In this document: positions 47,831-57,780 of the stretch, one piece after another
How positions within the stretch are numbered: the first letter of the stretch is position 1
How the letters are laid out: every line of letters starts with the position of its first letter
From: Sphingobacteriales bacterium
GTDB lineage: Bacteria > Bacteroidota > Bacteroidia > Chitinophagales > JADJOU01
Direction of reading: 5' to 3'
DNA length: 64,000 nucleotides
NCBI GenBank assembly: GCA_021297855.1
Contig: JAJTHM010000010.1
Span: 30,446-94,445, forward strand
Program-made: the position numbers and the translations under genes
The notes under the pieces: generated by a model
The model's input: only the letters and a program-made list of their open reading frames with translations
Told to the model about the DNA's origin: nothing
The model's database searches: none

Positions 47831-50509
47831 GTGATGAAAAAATTTTTATTCCTTCTTTTGAGTCTCATAATAGTCTCAGAATCTATTTCTCAAATTAGCA
47901 AAACGCATATTGGTACTACGCGATATGATCTTCAAACCAATAACTCAATTCAAAGAAGAGTTGCGGTGCACCCAACATCTAAAGATGTAATTGTAACTTT
48001 TTCTGGAAGTCTTAAAGATGATGGAAACTATGATGATAGAGGTACTGGCTATGTTTTTTGGAACAATGCCACTACACAATGGTTTAATTCTAAAAACCTT
48101 ATGTTGACTGCTCCTGTTGATACATTCTATGGAAGAATTGAGGCAGTAAGAGTAGGTTGGCCCAACCCTATGTTTATTGGAAATAAGGAATTAATTATGT
48201 CACATAAATCAAGTACTGGATCCAATGGCATCTATCAGTCATCTCGCGCAACTGCAGGGACAGGTACTTGGACGGATTTAAATGTGACTAGTGGTACAGA
48301 AACTTGGCCTAGAGGAGGAGCAAGTGGCAACAACGTTTTTCTTATTAGCTCTCATTTCCAAGCTCCATTTAATGAGGTAGACGCTGGGTTGATGTTTATA
48401 AAATCTACTGATGGTGGATCCGTTTGGTCTGCACCAGCGGCCATAGACGGTATAGATAAAGACAACTACACCGTGGTTGGCGGAGATAGATATGCCATGG
48501 ACATAAATGGCACCAATGTGGCGATACTCACAGGGATTAATGATATTACCCTTTATAAATCTACAAATCTAGGCACAAGCTGGACCAAGAAAAGTATTTT
48601 TCCTACTGCTTGGAATTTCATTCTGGATGGCGAAATATTAGAAAGAGCCGATAGATCTGATGGAGGTTATTCTGTTTTAATTGACAATAACAATAAAGTG
48701 CATTGCTTTTGGCCTCGCTATGTCACCTTTTCTGATCCAAGCCAAGGGGCTGGAACTTTTATCGATATTACTCGCTCTGGAATTATGTATTGGAACGAAG
48801 ATATGGGGAATGCGCCTCCAAAACTAATTCCTAATACTGATTTTATTCGTGAAAATACCAAAGGACCTCTTTCTCCTCTAAATAGATTCAATACGGCTAA
48901 TCAAACCCTTTCCTATATGGGTTCTGGAAGTGGATATAGAACTTCAACTACAACATGGCCCTCTACTGGTATTGATGCATCAGGAAATATTTATCTTACC
49001 TATGGATATAACAGAGGTATTATTGATACCACACCAGCCAATACTGGTATAGGAAAAGATGCAGATCCTACAGGATACAACTTGTATGATGTTTACGTAA
49101 TGAAATCTTCTGACAACGGTCAAACATGGGTAGGTCCTATAAATGTCTCGAACAGCCCAACACTTGAAAACACATATCCTTCTATGTCAAGACTTGTGGA
49201 TGACCACGTACATCTAGTGTATCAAGAAGATAACTTGTATGGCAATGCCGTAATGACTGCCACAGGTAGTTCGAATGGCACTGGCAGCCAAGCAGGTCCT
49301 GTGCACACTCGAAATAAAATGTTCTACGCCAAAGTACCAGTAGTTGACATTGTAAATCCCGCAGTGGATATCACCAATCCACTTCTAAGATTTAGTAATA
49401 ATTTTCAGAATCTGGTATTGAGAAAAAATTTACAACTTATAAGTGCCGTTTTATTTGTTGGATGTGGCACTGATACCGTAACAGGCAAAACCTTCGCTAA
49501 AAATAAAAGTTTCATAAGTGGAAACTATATAGAATTTAGTGACGATACTTCTTTCTTGACTATAATTGGGCTAGATACGATTAATACAAATATACCAGGA
49601 GACAGATTAATTCGAATTACGGGTAAAGATGCCGCAGGCAACCCAACTATCAGAATTGGAAACACATATTTTGACACCTTAAATATGGGTATACAAATAT
49701 TAGAAGATAAAGAGGCACCAACAATCACCCTTCTTGGTGCTAACCCAGGTTATGTTTATCTAAATGGAGCAAATTATACTGATCCAGGATCAGAAATTAG
49801 TGATAACAACCCTTGTACATCTGCTTCTGTAACTACAACAGGTACTGTAAATAAAGCGGTGAAAGGAACTTATACGATTACTTATAATGCAAAGGATGGT
49901 GCAAATAATCAAGCAACTGCGACTAGAAAGGTATTCGTTGGTGTAGCTCCTACGGCTGTCATCACAGAAGAAGCATTAACTTCTAATAACAAGATTAATG
50001 CTAAAGGTTCAACTAGTCTCGATTTATTAACTGAACCTGGCACCTCCAATGTATACAAATGGACCGTAAAAAAAGGTACCCAATCCAATACGGTAGCAGC
50101 AACTCACAATCTAGTGAACGCCAATATACCTGCAGGTGTCACAAGTTTTGACTCAATATGTTTGGAAGTATCAAACGGATTCAATACTGCGACTACTCCT
50201 CCAAAACCTATTTCTAAGGAATGTAAATCCTTGAAATACTCCGTTGGTATTTCTAGCGTCTCCAATTCACTTAATGTAAGCATTTTCCCTAATCCATCCA
50301 ATGGAGATTTCAATATCAAAGTTGAGGGTAATAAAGAAAATAAGGCAAGAATTATCATTACAAGTATGGATGGAAGAACCTTGTCAAATAGTCAAGTAGA
50401 AATCAATGGCACCATCGTTCCATTCAAATCTAACCTTGCCAAAGGCTCATATTTTATTAGCACAGAAATAGATGGCAATGTCTATTTAGAAAAAATAGAA
50501 ATAAGATAG
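47831..50509 (+). CDS. T9SS cargo (type A CTD) with Asp-box/beta-propeller region and a DUF5011-like Ig domain
   Basis: YDLQTN start; Asp-boxes STDGGSVW, STNLGTSW, SSDNGQTW; APTITLLGANP...GTYTITYNAKD; CTD IFPNPSNGDF...KGSYFI...KIEIR. Confidence 0.88.
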   Translation: MMKKFLFLLLSLIIVSESISQISKTHIGTTRYDLQTNNSIQRRVAVHPTSKDVIVTFSGSLKDDGNYDDRGTGYVFWNNATTQWFNSKNLMLTAPVDTFYGRIEAVRVGWPNPMFIGNKELIMSHKSSTGSNGIYQSSRATAGTGTWTDLNVTSGTETWPRGGASGNNVFLISSHFQAPFNEVDAGLMFIKSTDGGSVWSAPAAIDGIDKDNYTVVGGDRYAMDINGTNVAILTGINDITLYKSTNLGTSWTKKSIFPTAWNFILDGEILERADRSDGGYSVLIDNNNKVHCFWPRYVTFSDPSQGAGTFIDITRSGIMYWNEDMGNAPPKLIPNTDFIRENTKGPLSPLNRFNTANQTLSYMGSGSGYRTSTTTWPSTGIDASGNIYLTYGYNRGIIDTTPANTGIGKDADPTGYNLYDVYVMKSSDNGQTWVGPINVSNSPTLENTYPSMSRLVDDHVHLVYQEDNLYGNAVMTATGSSNGTGSQAGPVHTRNKMFYAKVPVVDIVNPAVDITNPLLRFSNNFQNLVLRKNLQLISAVLFVGCGTDTVTGKTFAKNKSFISGNYIEFSDDTSFLTIIGLDTINTNIPGDRLIRITGKDAAGNPTIRIGNTYFDTLNMGIQILEDKEAPTITLLGANPGYVYLNGANYTDPGSEISDNNPCTSASVTTTGTVNKAVKGTYTITYNAKDGANNQATATRKVFVGVAPTAVITEEALTSNNKINAKGSTSLDLLTEPGTSNVYKWTVKKGTQSNTVAATHNLVNANIPAGVTSFDSICLEVSNGFNTATTPPKPISKECKSLKYSVGISSVSNSLNVSIFPNPSNGDFNIKVEGNKENKARIIITSMDGRTLSNSQVEINGTIVPFKSNLAKGSYFISTEIDGNVYLEKIEIR

Positions 50510-50526
50510 AACACTGCTTTTAACTT

Positions 50527-50559
50527 AAAAATGCCGCCCTGAGAGGCGGCATTTTTTTT
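50527..50559 (+). terminator. Rho-independent terminator, potentially bidirectional
   Basis: AAAA-ATGCCGCC-CTGAGA-GGCGGCAT followed by a T run. Confidence 0.9.
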
Positions 50560-50566
50560 ACCTTTG
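50559..50566 (+). promoter_or_regulatory. -7 box TACCTTTG directly after the terminator
   Basis: Consensus match upstream of the next gene. Confidence 0.55.
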
Positions 50567-50571
50567 TCTCA

Positions 50572-51330
50572 TTGGGAATTATGTCAAAAAAATTAGTCTT
50601 TCTCTTATCATTCTTTTCAACTTTGAATTCTTTTGCTCAAGAAACCATTATTGGGGCTACAATGCATTACATGTACCAGCTTCCCTATGGATCTGTTGCC
50701 ACCCAATATGGCTCAAATAGCAATGCTGGCTTCGGTCTCAACATAAAGCTTATCAATAATTTTACTTTTGGTGCTGAGGGTCAATTTATGTTTGCTAGTA
50801 AATATAACGATTTCAGCGTATTAGGGTCTATGGTCACCTCAGGAGGTTTCATCATAGGCGAAAACAACACCATAGAGGTTCCTGAATTAGAAGGCAGAGG
50901 AGGAAATTTCTTTATTGAAGCCGGGAAAATATTTCCTTTAGGCACCAAAAATCTCAATAGTGGTTTACATATAAAAGCTGGAGTTGGTTATCTTTTCTAT
51001 TCTGTTTATAACAATGCAGATGTAGTGTCTGCAACGCAGCTTGGTGGAGAGTATTTCAATGGATACAATAGATTGGAAAGTGGTTGGAGTCTGCAGAGTT
51101 TTATCGGATATACCCTTTACTCCAATAGCAGACTGCTTAATGGTAGCATTGGGGTGCAGACTATCTATACCAGTACTAGCTTTAAAGGAGTCGCGGACTA
51201 TGCCACTAGTCTTATTCCTGACCAATCCGGCAGAAATAGCTTCTTTATTGGCCCTAAAATTGCCTTGACAATTGCCCTAAAAAGATTCCAGAAAAAAGAC
51301 CCCAAGGCAGATGGCTACTTTTATAATTAA
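50572..51330 (+). CDS. Hypothetical outer-membrane beta-barrel protein
   Basis: Signal peptide ending SFAQ (ATG 50581 is a plausible start); Gly/aromatic alternating strands. Confidence 0.65.
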   Translation: MGIMSKKLVFLLSFFSTLNSFAQETIIGATMHYMYQLPYGSVATQYGSNSNAGFGLNIKLINNFTFGAEGQFMFASKYNDFSVLGSMVTSGGFIIGENNTIEVPELEGRGGNFFIEAGKIFPLGTKNLNSGLHIKAGVGYLFYSVYNNADVVSATQLGGEYFNGYNRLESGWSLQSFIGYTLYSNSRLLNGSIGVQTIYTSTSFKGVADYATSLIPDQSGRNSFFIGPKIALTIALKRFQKKDPKADGYFYN

Positions 51331-51339
51331 TCCTTAGTC

Positions 51340-52551
51340 GTGGGTATTATTTACAACGCGTTTCTTGTATTTTATTACTTTGCTGTATGGCTATTTTCTT
51401 CGAAAAACGCGAAAGCCAAACAATGGATTGAAGGTAGAAAAACAACACACTCATATCTGTCAAATTTCCGAGACACTAATTGTCTTTGGTTTCATGCTTC
51501 CTCCTTAGGCGAATTTGAACAAATCAGTTTTCTTATAGAAACAATTAAGCAAAAGTTTCCTCACGAGAAGATTCTAGTCACGTTCTTTTCCCCTTCAGGT
51601 TATGAAATGAAGAAGAACTTCCCATTCGCCGACCATATATTGTATTTACCTTTTGATTTTTTCAGTTCGATAAAGCCCTTCATTGAATGTATTCAACCCA
51701 AAATGGTCTTTTGGGTTCGATATGAGTTTTGGCTCAATACACTTGAATATGTAAGAGAGAAGGACATTCCTTTAATTCTGCTCAATGGTGTCTTTAGAAA
51801 TAATATATCCTTTTTATACAAGCCGTACTTGAAGAGTTGTCTGCGTTCATTTTCTGAAATAGCCGTGATAAATAAATCTTCACAACTAAATCTAGATGCT
51901 CTTGGATTTTGCTCCACAGTTATTTATGATACGCGTTATAGTAGAATGCGGCAAGTGGCTTTGAATCCATTTGAAGATAAGATTATTCAACATTTCGTCC
52001 AAACCGAAAAGGTTGTGATTTGTGGTAGCATTTGGGCAAATGATGATGAAATTCTCAATACTACTATTCGACATAGAAATGATATTCATTGGATTTTAGC
52101 CCCTCACGAGGTTGATGACTCGAGAATTGCTCAACTGCTCTCTTATTATCCCCATGCTCAAAAATACTCACAATACGAAGAGTCAAAGCCAACCAATATC
52201 CTTATTATAGATTGCATCGGTTTGTTAGCCCGATTGTATCGTTATGCCGATCTAGCCTATGTCGGAGGTGGGTTTAATAAAGTGGTCCACAGCCTTGTAG
52301 AGCCCCTTGCCTATTCTCTTCCTGTGATTATAGGAAAGAATATAACTAAGAGCGAAGAAGCTATTGATTTTATCCAATTAGGATTTGTCCGAAAAATAAC
52401 ATCAGATCAAGAATTTCAATCCGCATTGAATGCCTTACTAGCCAATGATAATCTTAGTATTCGTAAAGAAAAAGAACACTACTTTGAACAAAGGGTAGAT
52501 TCTATAGATAAAATTCTGAATTTAACTCAGCGCTATATTTCCTTGGAATAA
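51340..52551 (+). CDS. waaA: 3-deoxy-D-manno-octulosonic acid (Kdo) transferase
   Basis: WFHASSLGEFEQ, TFFSPSGYE, YLPFD, RYEFW, GSIW, APHE and AYVGGGF...HSLVEP motifs. Confidence 0.93.
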   Translation: MGIIYNAFLVFYYFAVWLFSSKNAKAKQWIEGRKTTHSYLSNFRDTNCLWFHASSLGEFEQISFLIETIKQKFPHEKILVTFFSPSGYEMKKNFPFADHILYLPFDFFSSIKPFIECIQPKMVFWVRYEFWLNTLEYVREKDIPLILLNGVFRNNISFLYKPYLKSCLRSFSEIAVINKSSQLNLDALGFCSTVIYDTRYSRMRQVALNPFEDKIIQHFVQTEKVVICGSIWANDDEILNTTIRHRNDIHWILAPHEVDDSRIAQLLSYYPHAQKYSQYEESKPTNILIIDCIGLLARLYRYADLAYVGGGFNKVVHSLVEPLAYSLPVIIGKNITKSEEAIDFIQLGFVRKITSDQEFQSALNALLANDNLSIRKEKEHYFEQRVDSIDKILNLTQRYISLE

Positions 52552-52595
52552 TACTAATTTTTGACAATTAGTTAAGTCTTTAATCTCAACCCTTA

Positions 52596-52603
52596 TATTT
52601 TTG
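52596..52603 (+). promoter_or_regulatory. -7 box TATTTTTG
   Basis: Consensus match upstream of panB. Confidence 0.5.
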
Positions 52604-52636
52604 TAGAAAGAACAATTAAACGACTAGAAGATAATT

Positions 52637-53452
52637 ATGTCAACATATAAAGAAATTAAAAGAGTTACCACCCAAAGCATCCAAAAATTTAAATTGGACG
52701 GGAAAAAAATTTCCATGCTCACTGCTTATGACTACTCCATGGCAAAACTCATTGACGGAGCTGGAATTGATGTTATTTTAGTTGGCGATAGTGCCTCCAA
52801 TGTGATGGCTGGGCATGAAACAACCCTTCCTATTACGCTAGACCAAATGATATATCATGCCACATCTGTGGTGCGTGCTGTAGATAGAGCACTTATTGTC
52901 GTAGATATTCCCTTTGGTTATTATCAAGGAGATTCCAAGTTGGCGCTAACCTCTGCTATTCGCATTATGAAAGAATCGGGCGCACATGCTGTAAAAATTG
53001 AAGGTGGCGAGGAGATCAAAGAGTCCATCTCGAGAATACTAAGTGCGGGTATTCCAGTAATGGGTCATCTTGGATTAACCCCTCAAAGTATATACAAATT
53101 TGGTACCTACAACGTTCGCGCAAAGGGAAAAAAAGAAGCAGAGCAGGTTGAGTCCGATGCAGAGTTGTTGCAAAACCTTGGCTGTTTTGGTCTAGTACTA
53201 GAAAAAATTCCCGCTGTTCTCGCTACCAAGGTCGCCAAAAAACTCTCAATACCAGTTATTGGCATTGGAGCAGGAGGGCAGGTGGATGGACAAGTTTTGG
53301 TTATGCATGATATGCTCGGAATAAATGTTGACTTCAACCCGCGATTCATTCGCAAATATGCCAATTTAAACGAAATAATAGATTCTGCCGTTAAGAATTA
53401 TATACTCGATGTGCAATCAGGTAGCTTTCCTAACCAAAAAGAACAATACTAA
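52637..53452 (+). CDS. panB: 3-methyl-2-oxobutanoate hydroxymethyltransferase
   Basis: [31 protein letters not shown] and IGIGAG..VDGQVLV motifs. Confidence 0.97.
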   Translation: MSTYKEIKRVTTQSIQKFKLDGKKISMLTAYDYSMAKLIDGAGIDVILVGDSASNVMAGHETTLPITLDQMIYHATSVVRAVDRALIVVDIPFGYYQGDSKLALTSAIRIMKESGAHAVKIEGGEEIKESISRILSAGIPVMGHLGLTPQSIYKFGTYNVRAKGKKEAEQVESDAELLQNLGCFGLVLEKIPAVLATKVAKKLSIPVIGIGAGGQVDGQVLVMHDMLGINVDFNPRFIRKYANLNEIIDSAVKNYILDVQSGSFPNQKEQY

Positions 53453-53527
53453 AAAAATTGTAATGACTTTCCAATTGAAACTAATTAAAAACAAGGAGAT
53501 GTCCCTTAAAAAACCAAAAGTAAAAAG

Positions 53528-54172
53528 ATGAAAATCACCTCCCTAATTTTTCTTCTTTTACTATTTGCTGAACTTAAATCACAAAAAATAATAGAATACC
53601 AATGTACCGCAATTGATGGCACACCAGTATATTTAAATGTGACGCCTAGCACAGAAGCTATGGATTACCTAGGTCAGTCTTTTTACATATATAAATATGA
53701 TTTAATGATAGGCGCTGCGAGATACGACTCCTTTTACACCTATAAATTTAATAAAAGACTATATCTACTTGACGAAGATGCAAATACCATAAATTACACC
53801 AAGGATCAAATTTTGTTCGACTTAAATGAAGAAAATAGAGTCCTAGAAAAAGTCTCTGGTGTCTTTTCTGATATAGATTTAAAAATGGATGATAAACTGA
53901 GACTGAATAATCATTATTTCTACTTCTACTCTGCGAGTGCGATTGCCTTCTCTTATTTTAATGTTACGAGAATGGTGTTTGATCAACAACTAGATATAAA
54001 CCAAATAGAAATAAAATCTTATCTTGGCACTAGTCAATGTGTACTGAATGGCATAATAATTGAGCCTAAGGAAGGCACTATAAAAAATAGTTCAAAAATG
54101 AAAAAGTCTCGTAACCAAAAAAAAACGGCACTAAAAGATTCTATACTACCTGACGATTGGGGTAAAAAATAA
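53528..54172 (+). CDS. Exported hypothetical protein (paralog A)
   Basis: Signal peptide ending LKSQ; aligns by eye with the next ORF. Confidence 0.7.
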   Translation: MKITSLIFLLLLFAELKSQKIIEYQCTAIDGTPVYLNVTPSTEAMDYLGQSFYIYKYDLMIGAARYDSFYTYKFNKRLYLLDEDANTINYTKDQILFDLNEENRVLEKVSGVFSDIDLKMDDKLRLNNHYFYFYSASAIAFSYFNVTRMVFDQQLDINQIEIKSYLGTSQCVLNGIIIEPKEGTIKNSSKMKKSRNQKKTALKDSILPDDWGKK

Positions 54173-54174
54173 AC

Positions 54175-54717
54175 ATGATTAAAAAACTTGGTATTATACT
54201 CTTGCTTTTGATTGCTAAAAATTCTCTTGGCCAGAATTTGGAATATAAGTGCCGAGCCCTTTCAGGAAGCAAAATATTCTTAGATGTAACTCCTGGCTCG
54301 AAACCACTAATTTATAATAAGAAAAAAGTATTGCTTAGTAAATTTACCTTAAGCGATGGGAAAACTGAATCCATAAGTTTTTATCTCTACAAATATCTCG
54401 ATAAGCTTTATATTCTGGACCATACCGCAACTTCACTAAATCATGCTAAGGACCAAGTTCTTTTCTCGATTCCACATCAGCAGTATTATAAATTAGATAT
54501 AGCTGGATTTTTAGAAAATTCAACAACCGTCTTAAATAAATCTATTAACTTAAATGGAAATAGCTTTTATACATACAGTATTCTAAGTCCAGATAACAAA
54601 TTACAGGCCACTGAAATAATCTTTGATAAAAATCTAGACATCAATGAGCTTAAAATTACCGCTGGATCGAATCTCTGCGTATGCACGAAAACAAATATTA
54701 CCATTAGACTTAAATAA
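54175..54717 (+). CDS. Exported hypothetical protein (paralog B)
   Basis: Signal peptide ending SLGQ; aligns by eye with the previous ORF. Confidence 0.7.
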   Translation: MIKKLGIILLLLIAKNSLGQNLEYKCRALSGSKIFLDVTPGSKPLIYNKKKVLLSKFTLSDGKTESISFYLYKYLDKLYILDHTATSLNHAKDQVLFSIPHQQYYKLDIAGFLENSTTVLNKSINLNGNSFYTYSILSPDNKLQATEIIFDKNLDINELKITAGSNLCVCTKTNITIRLK

Positions 54718-54731
54718 TAATCATAACTTAC

Positions 54732-55916
54732 ATGCTATTACTTCGCGCTTATGCTTCGATTTGGGATTTTGTCAATACTATTTTTGGCACTAAAATTCCA
54801 TCTATGCCCCCAAATACCTATGGTTTTATCATGGCCATAGCCTTTATTGTGGGTTTCTTTTTAGCAAGAAACGAGCTGGCTCGTAAGACCAAGCTCGGTA
54901 TTTTTCCGCGTGCTACCAAGGAAATATACGAAGGACAAGGCATCATGCTCGGCGATGTTCTGCTATATGCACTCATTGGCTTTTTCCTTGGCTTGAAAAT
55001 AATAGGTTTTTATTTGGACAGTTCATCCTTTTTTACAAATCCTCAGCGCTATATAATCTCTATGCAGGGCTCTATGCCAGGTGGTCTGCTTGTTGCTCTA
55101 GTATTGGCTAGCCTTACTATGTACAATCAATGGAAAAATAAAAAAAATCCACCTGAAAAGAAAATTATATCAAATAACATTGAAGATAGAATTGGTGATG
55201 TACTTGTTATATGTATGATTGGAGGCGTGTTAGGCTCCAAACTCCTCGATACACTCGATAGTCCAGAGACCTTATCCGATTTCCTATCCGACCCCTTTGG
55301 CTCATTGACCTCTGGATTGAGCGTTCTCGGTGGCTTATTCACCGTTTCTATCCTTTTAATTGGATATGCAATAAAAAATAAGATCAAAGTACTCCCTTTT
55401 ACAGATAGTCTCTCTCCTCCCTTTTTTATTGGATACGCTGTTGGTCGTTTAGGTTGCCAATTCTCTGGTGATGGTTGCTGGGGTATTCCTAGCATAGGAC
55501 TTACAAAGCCTTCTTTCATTCCAGATTTTTTGTGGGGGAGCACCTATAACCATAATGTAAACAGAGAGGGTGTGCTTATACCTGGCTGTAATGAAGATTA
55601 CTGTATGAAATTGGCAGAGCCCCATTTGCCCACACCGCTTTATGAAACTATTTTCGTCAGTCTTTTATTTCTTATACTATGGAGTCTGAGAAAAAGATTG
55701 ACTGTTCATCCAGGCGCTATTACAGGACTATTTTTGGTATTCAATGGTATGGAGCGATTTCTCATCGAGTTTGTCCGTATCAATAATAAATACAATTACT
55801 TCGGCTTCGAACTCTCTCAGGCGCAGTATATGTCCATCTTTATGATTCTTATCGGCGCAGGGCTTAGTTTCTGGGCTATGAGGAGGAAGACAGATATTTC
55901 AACCATTCAAAATTAG
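54732..55916 (+). CDS. lgt: Prolipoprotein diacylglyceryl transferase (long form)
   Basis: TYGF, GSKL, GLSVLGGL, GYAVGRLGCQFSGDG.WG, HLPTPLYE and RFLIEFVR motifs. Confidence 0.92.
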   Translation: MLLLRAYASIWDFVNTIFGTKIPSMPPNTYGFIMAIAFIVGFFLARNELARKTKLGIFPRATKEIYEGQGIMLGDVLLYALIGFFLGLKIIGFYLDSSSFFTNPQRYIISMQGSMPGGLLVALVLASLTMYNQWKNKKNPPEKKIISNNIEDRIGDVLVICMIGGVLGSKLLDTLDSPETLSDFLSDPFGSLTSGLSVLGGLFTVSILLIGYAIKNKIKVLPFTDSLSPPFFIGYAVGRLGCQFSGDGCWGIPSIGLTKPSFIPDFLWGSTYNHNVNREGVLIPGCNEDYCMKLAEPHLPTPLYETIFVSLLFLILWSLRKRLTVHPGAITGLFLVFNGMERFLIEFVRINNKYNYFGFELSQAQYMSIFMILIGAGLSFWAMRRKTDISTIQN

Positions 55917-55932
55917 AACTTTAGTACCCCCT

Positions 55933-56760
55933 ATGTCTTTTAACCCACAAAAATATATCGACCAATTTCATGGCATAGTCGAAGTGCTTATTCCTAAAGT
56001 TATTGGGGCTATTCTAATTTGGATTATTGGTTCATTGTTAATTAAATGGGCGCACAAAGTCTGTAAAAAAATTCTGGATGCCAAAGACTTCGACCCATCG
56101 GTAGAAACATTTTTTCTTTCCTTTGTCAGGATAGGTCTCCGCATCGTCCTATTTATCATTATTATAGGTGTTTTAGGCATTCAGACCACTTCTATAGCAG
56201 CTATGTTAGCAGGGTTTGGAGTCGCTATTGGTTCAGCATTTAATGGCTCACTAGGAAACTTTGCTGGAGGCTTTATGATTATCATTTATCAACCGATTAA
56301 GGTAGGCGAATTCATCGAGTTCAATGGCGTCAGTGGGGTCGTGAAAGAAATAGGCATATTAAATACGTGCATTTTGACAGGCGATATGAAAACCGTCTTC
56401 CTCCCCAACGGGATGTTGTCCACAGGGATTATTATCAATTGGAGTCGCAATAGAAAAATACGGGTTGATGTACCCTTTAATATCGAAGCTAATATTGATA
56501 TTGATCTGGCGAAATCCATTATCCTCGAAGCGCTAAAAGAACACAAACTCATACTCAAGAGCCCTAAGCCTGAGGTACACATACAACAAATCCAATCGGG
56601 TTCAATACAGCTTATCGTAAGACCTTATTGCACGCAGCCAGATTATTGGACGGTATTTAATGACACCCATAGTTTGGTCATCAATGCCTTCAAAGAAAAG
56701 AATATCTCTCAGGGTATCCCTAAACAAATCCTAATCACGCAAACGAGTGGAAAAGATTAA
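55933..56760 (+). CDS. mscS: Small-conductance mechanosensitive channel family protein
   Basis: AGFGVAIGSAFNGSLGNFAGG, PIKVGEFIE and VFLPNG motifs. Confidence 0.9.
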   Translation: MSFNPQKYIDQFHGIVEVLIPKVIGAILIWIIGSLLIKWAHKVCKKILDAKDFDPSVETFFLSFVRIGLRIVLFIIIIGVLGIQTTSIAAMLAGFGVAIGSAFNGSLGNFAGGFMIIIYQPIKVGEFIEFNGVSGVVKEIGILNTCILTGDMKTVFLPNGMLSTGIIINWSRNRKIRVDVPFNIEANIDIDLAKSIILEALKEHKLILKSPKPEVHIQQIQSGSIQLIVRPYCTQPDYWTVFNDTHSLVINAFKEKNISQGIPKQILITQTSGKD

Positions 56761-57664
56761 AATTAGTCCTATACAATGGCTTACACTTATTCTTCTAGGC
56801 ACTATCTGGGGAAGTTCTTTTATTTTAATGAAAATAGGAACCAGAAGCTTTAGCACCATAGAGCTATCTGTTCTTCGTATGTTTTTTGGTGGATGTTTGG
56901 CTCTGCCTTTTTTATTCTCCATTTTGAAAAAGTATGATAAAAAGATTCTCTTCTGGATGCTGGTCTCTTCTCTCCTTGGAAGCGGTATTCCAAGTCTTTT
57001 CTATGCTTACTCTGCGAGTAGAATGGATAGCAATCTCAATGGAGTTATCAATTCGCTCACGCCTCTATTTACCCTTATTGTTGGGATTATTTGGTTAAAA
57101 TACAAAACCAGTTTATTGAGTTTAATAGGCATATTCATTGGGTTTTTTGGAGTCTTGATGCTTTTTACCCAGAAAAATACAACGTTTACCCAAGCACAAT
57201 ATGCTGTTTTTCCTTTATTGGCGACGATGATGTATGGTATCAATATGAATATAGTCAAGGTCAAACTAAGTCATTTGCCTTCCATTGATATTTTAAAAGG
57301 AGTTTTTGGCATTCTCGGATGGCTCTCTCTTCCTATTGCTCTTTATTTGGGCGTTTTAAATGACTTAGACTTTAGTCAGTGTTCTTTCAATTTTTGGGTG
57401 TCCAATTCTGATACGACTATTCAAAAAATGAAATCGATAGAAGCTATGTTTATCCTTGGTTTCATTGGTTCGTTTATTGCCTCTCTCGTGTTCTATAGAT
57501 TACTCAAGCAAACCAATGCACTCTTTGCATCTACTAACACTTATCTCATACCTTTAATGTCCATTTTTTGGGGGTTTATGGATGGGGAAATGATTACTTG
57601 GGTTCATTTTGCTTCGCTGCTGATCATTCTATTTGGGGTTTACCTAGTTGGCAAGAATAGATAA
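56747..57664 (+). CDS. DMT/EamA family transporter
   Basis: IWGSSFILMK, two EamA repeats, about 10 TM helices. Confidence 0.9.
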   Translation: MEKIKISPIQWLTLILLGTIWGSSFILMKIGTRSFSTIELSVLRMFFGGCLALPFLFSILKKYDKKILFWMLVSSLLGSGIPSLFYAYSASRMDSNLNGVINSLTPLFTLIVGIIWLKYKTSLLSLIGIFIGFFGVLMLFTQKNTTFTQAQYAVFPLLATMMYGINMNIVKVKLSHLPSIDILKGVFGILGWLSLPIALYLGVLNDLDFSQCSFNFWVSNSDTTIQKMKSIEAMFILGFIGSFIASLVFYRLLKQTNALFASTNTYLIPLMSIFWGFMDGEMITWVHFASLLIILFGVYLVGKNR

Positions 57665-57768
57665 GACTTGTAATATAAATTTAGCGTTGACTTATCATTC
57701 ATACCATTCTCAAAGAGAAATTTAACGCTCTTTATAAATAGAATTGCTGTTTTATTGCCAATATTTTA

Positions 57769-57776
57769 TATTTTTG
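57769..57776 (+). promoter_or_regulatory. -7 box TATTTTTG
   Basis: Ends 4 nt before ATG 57781. Confidence 0.55.
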
Positions 57777-57780
57777 TAAT

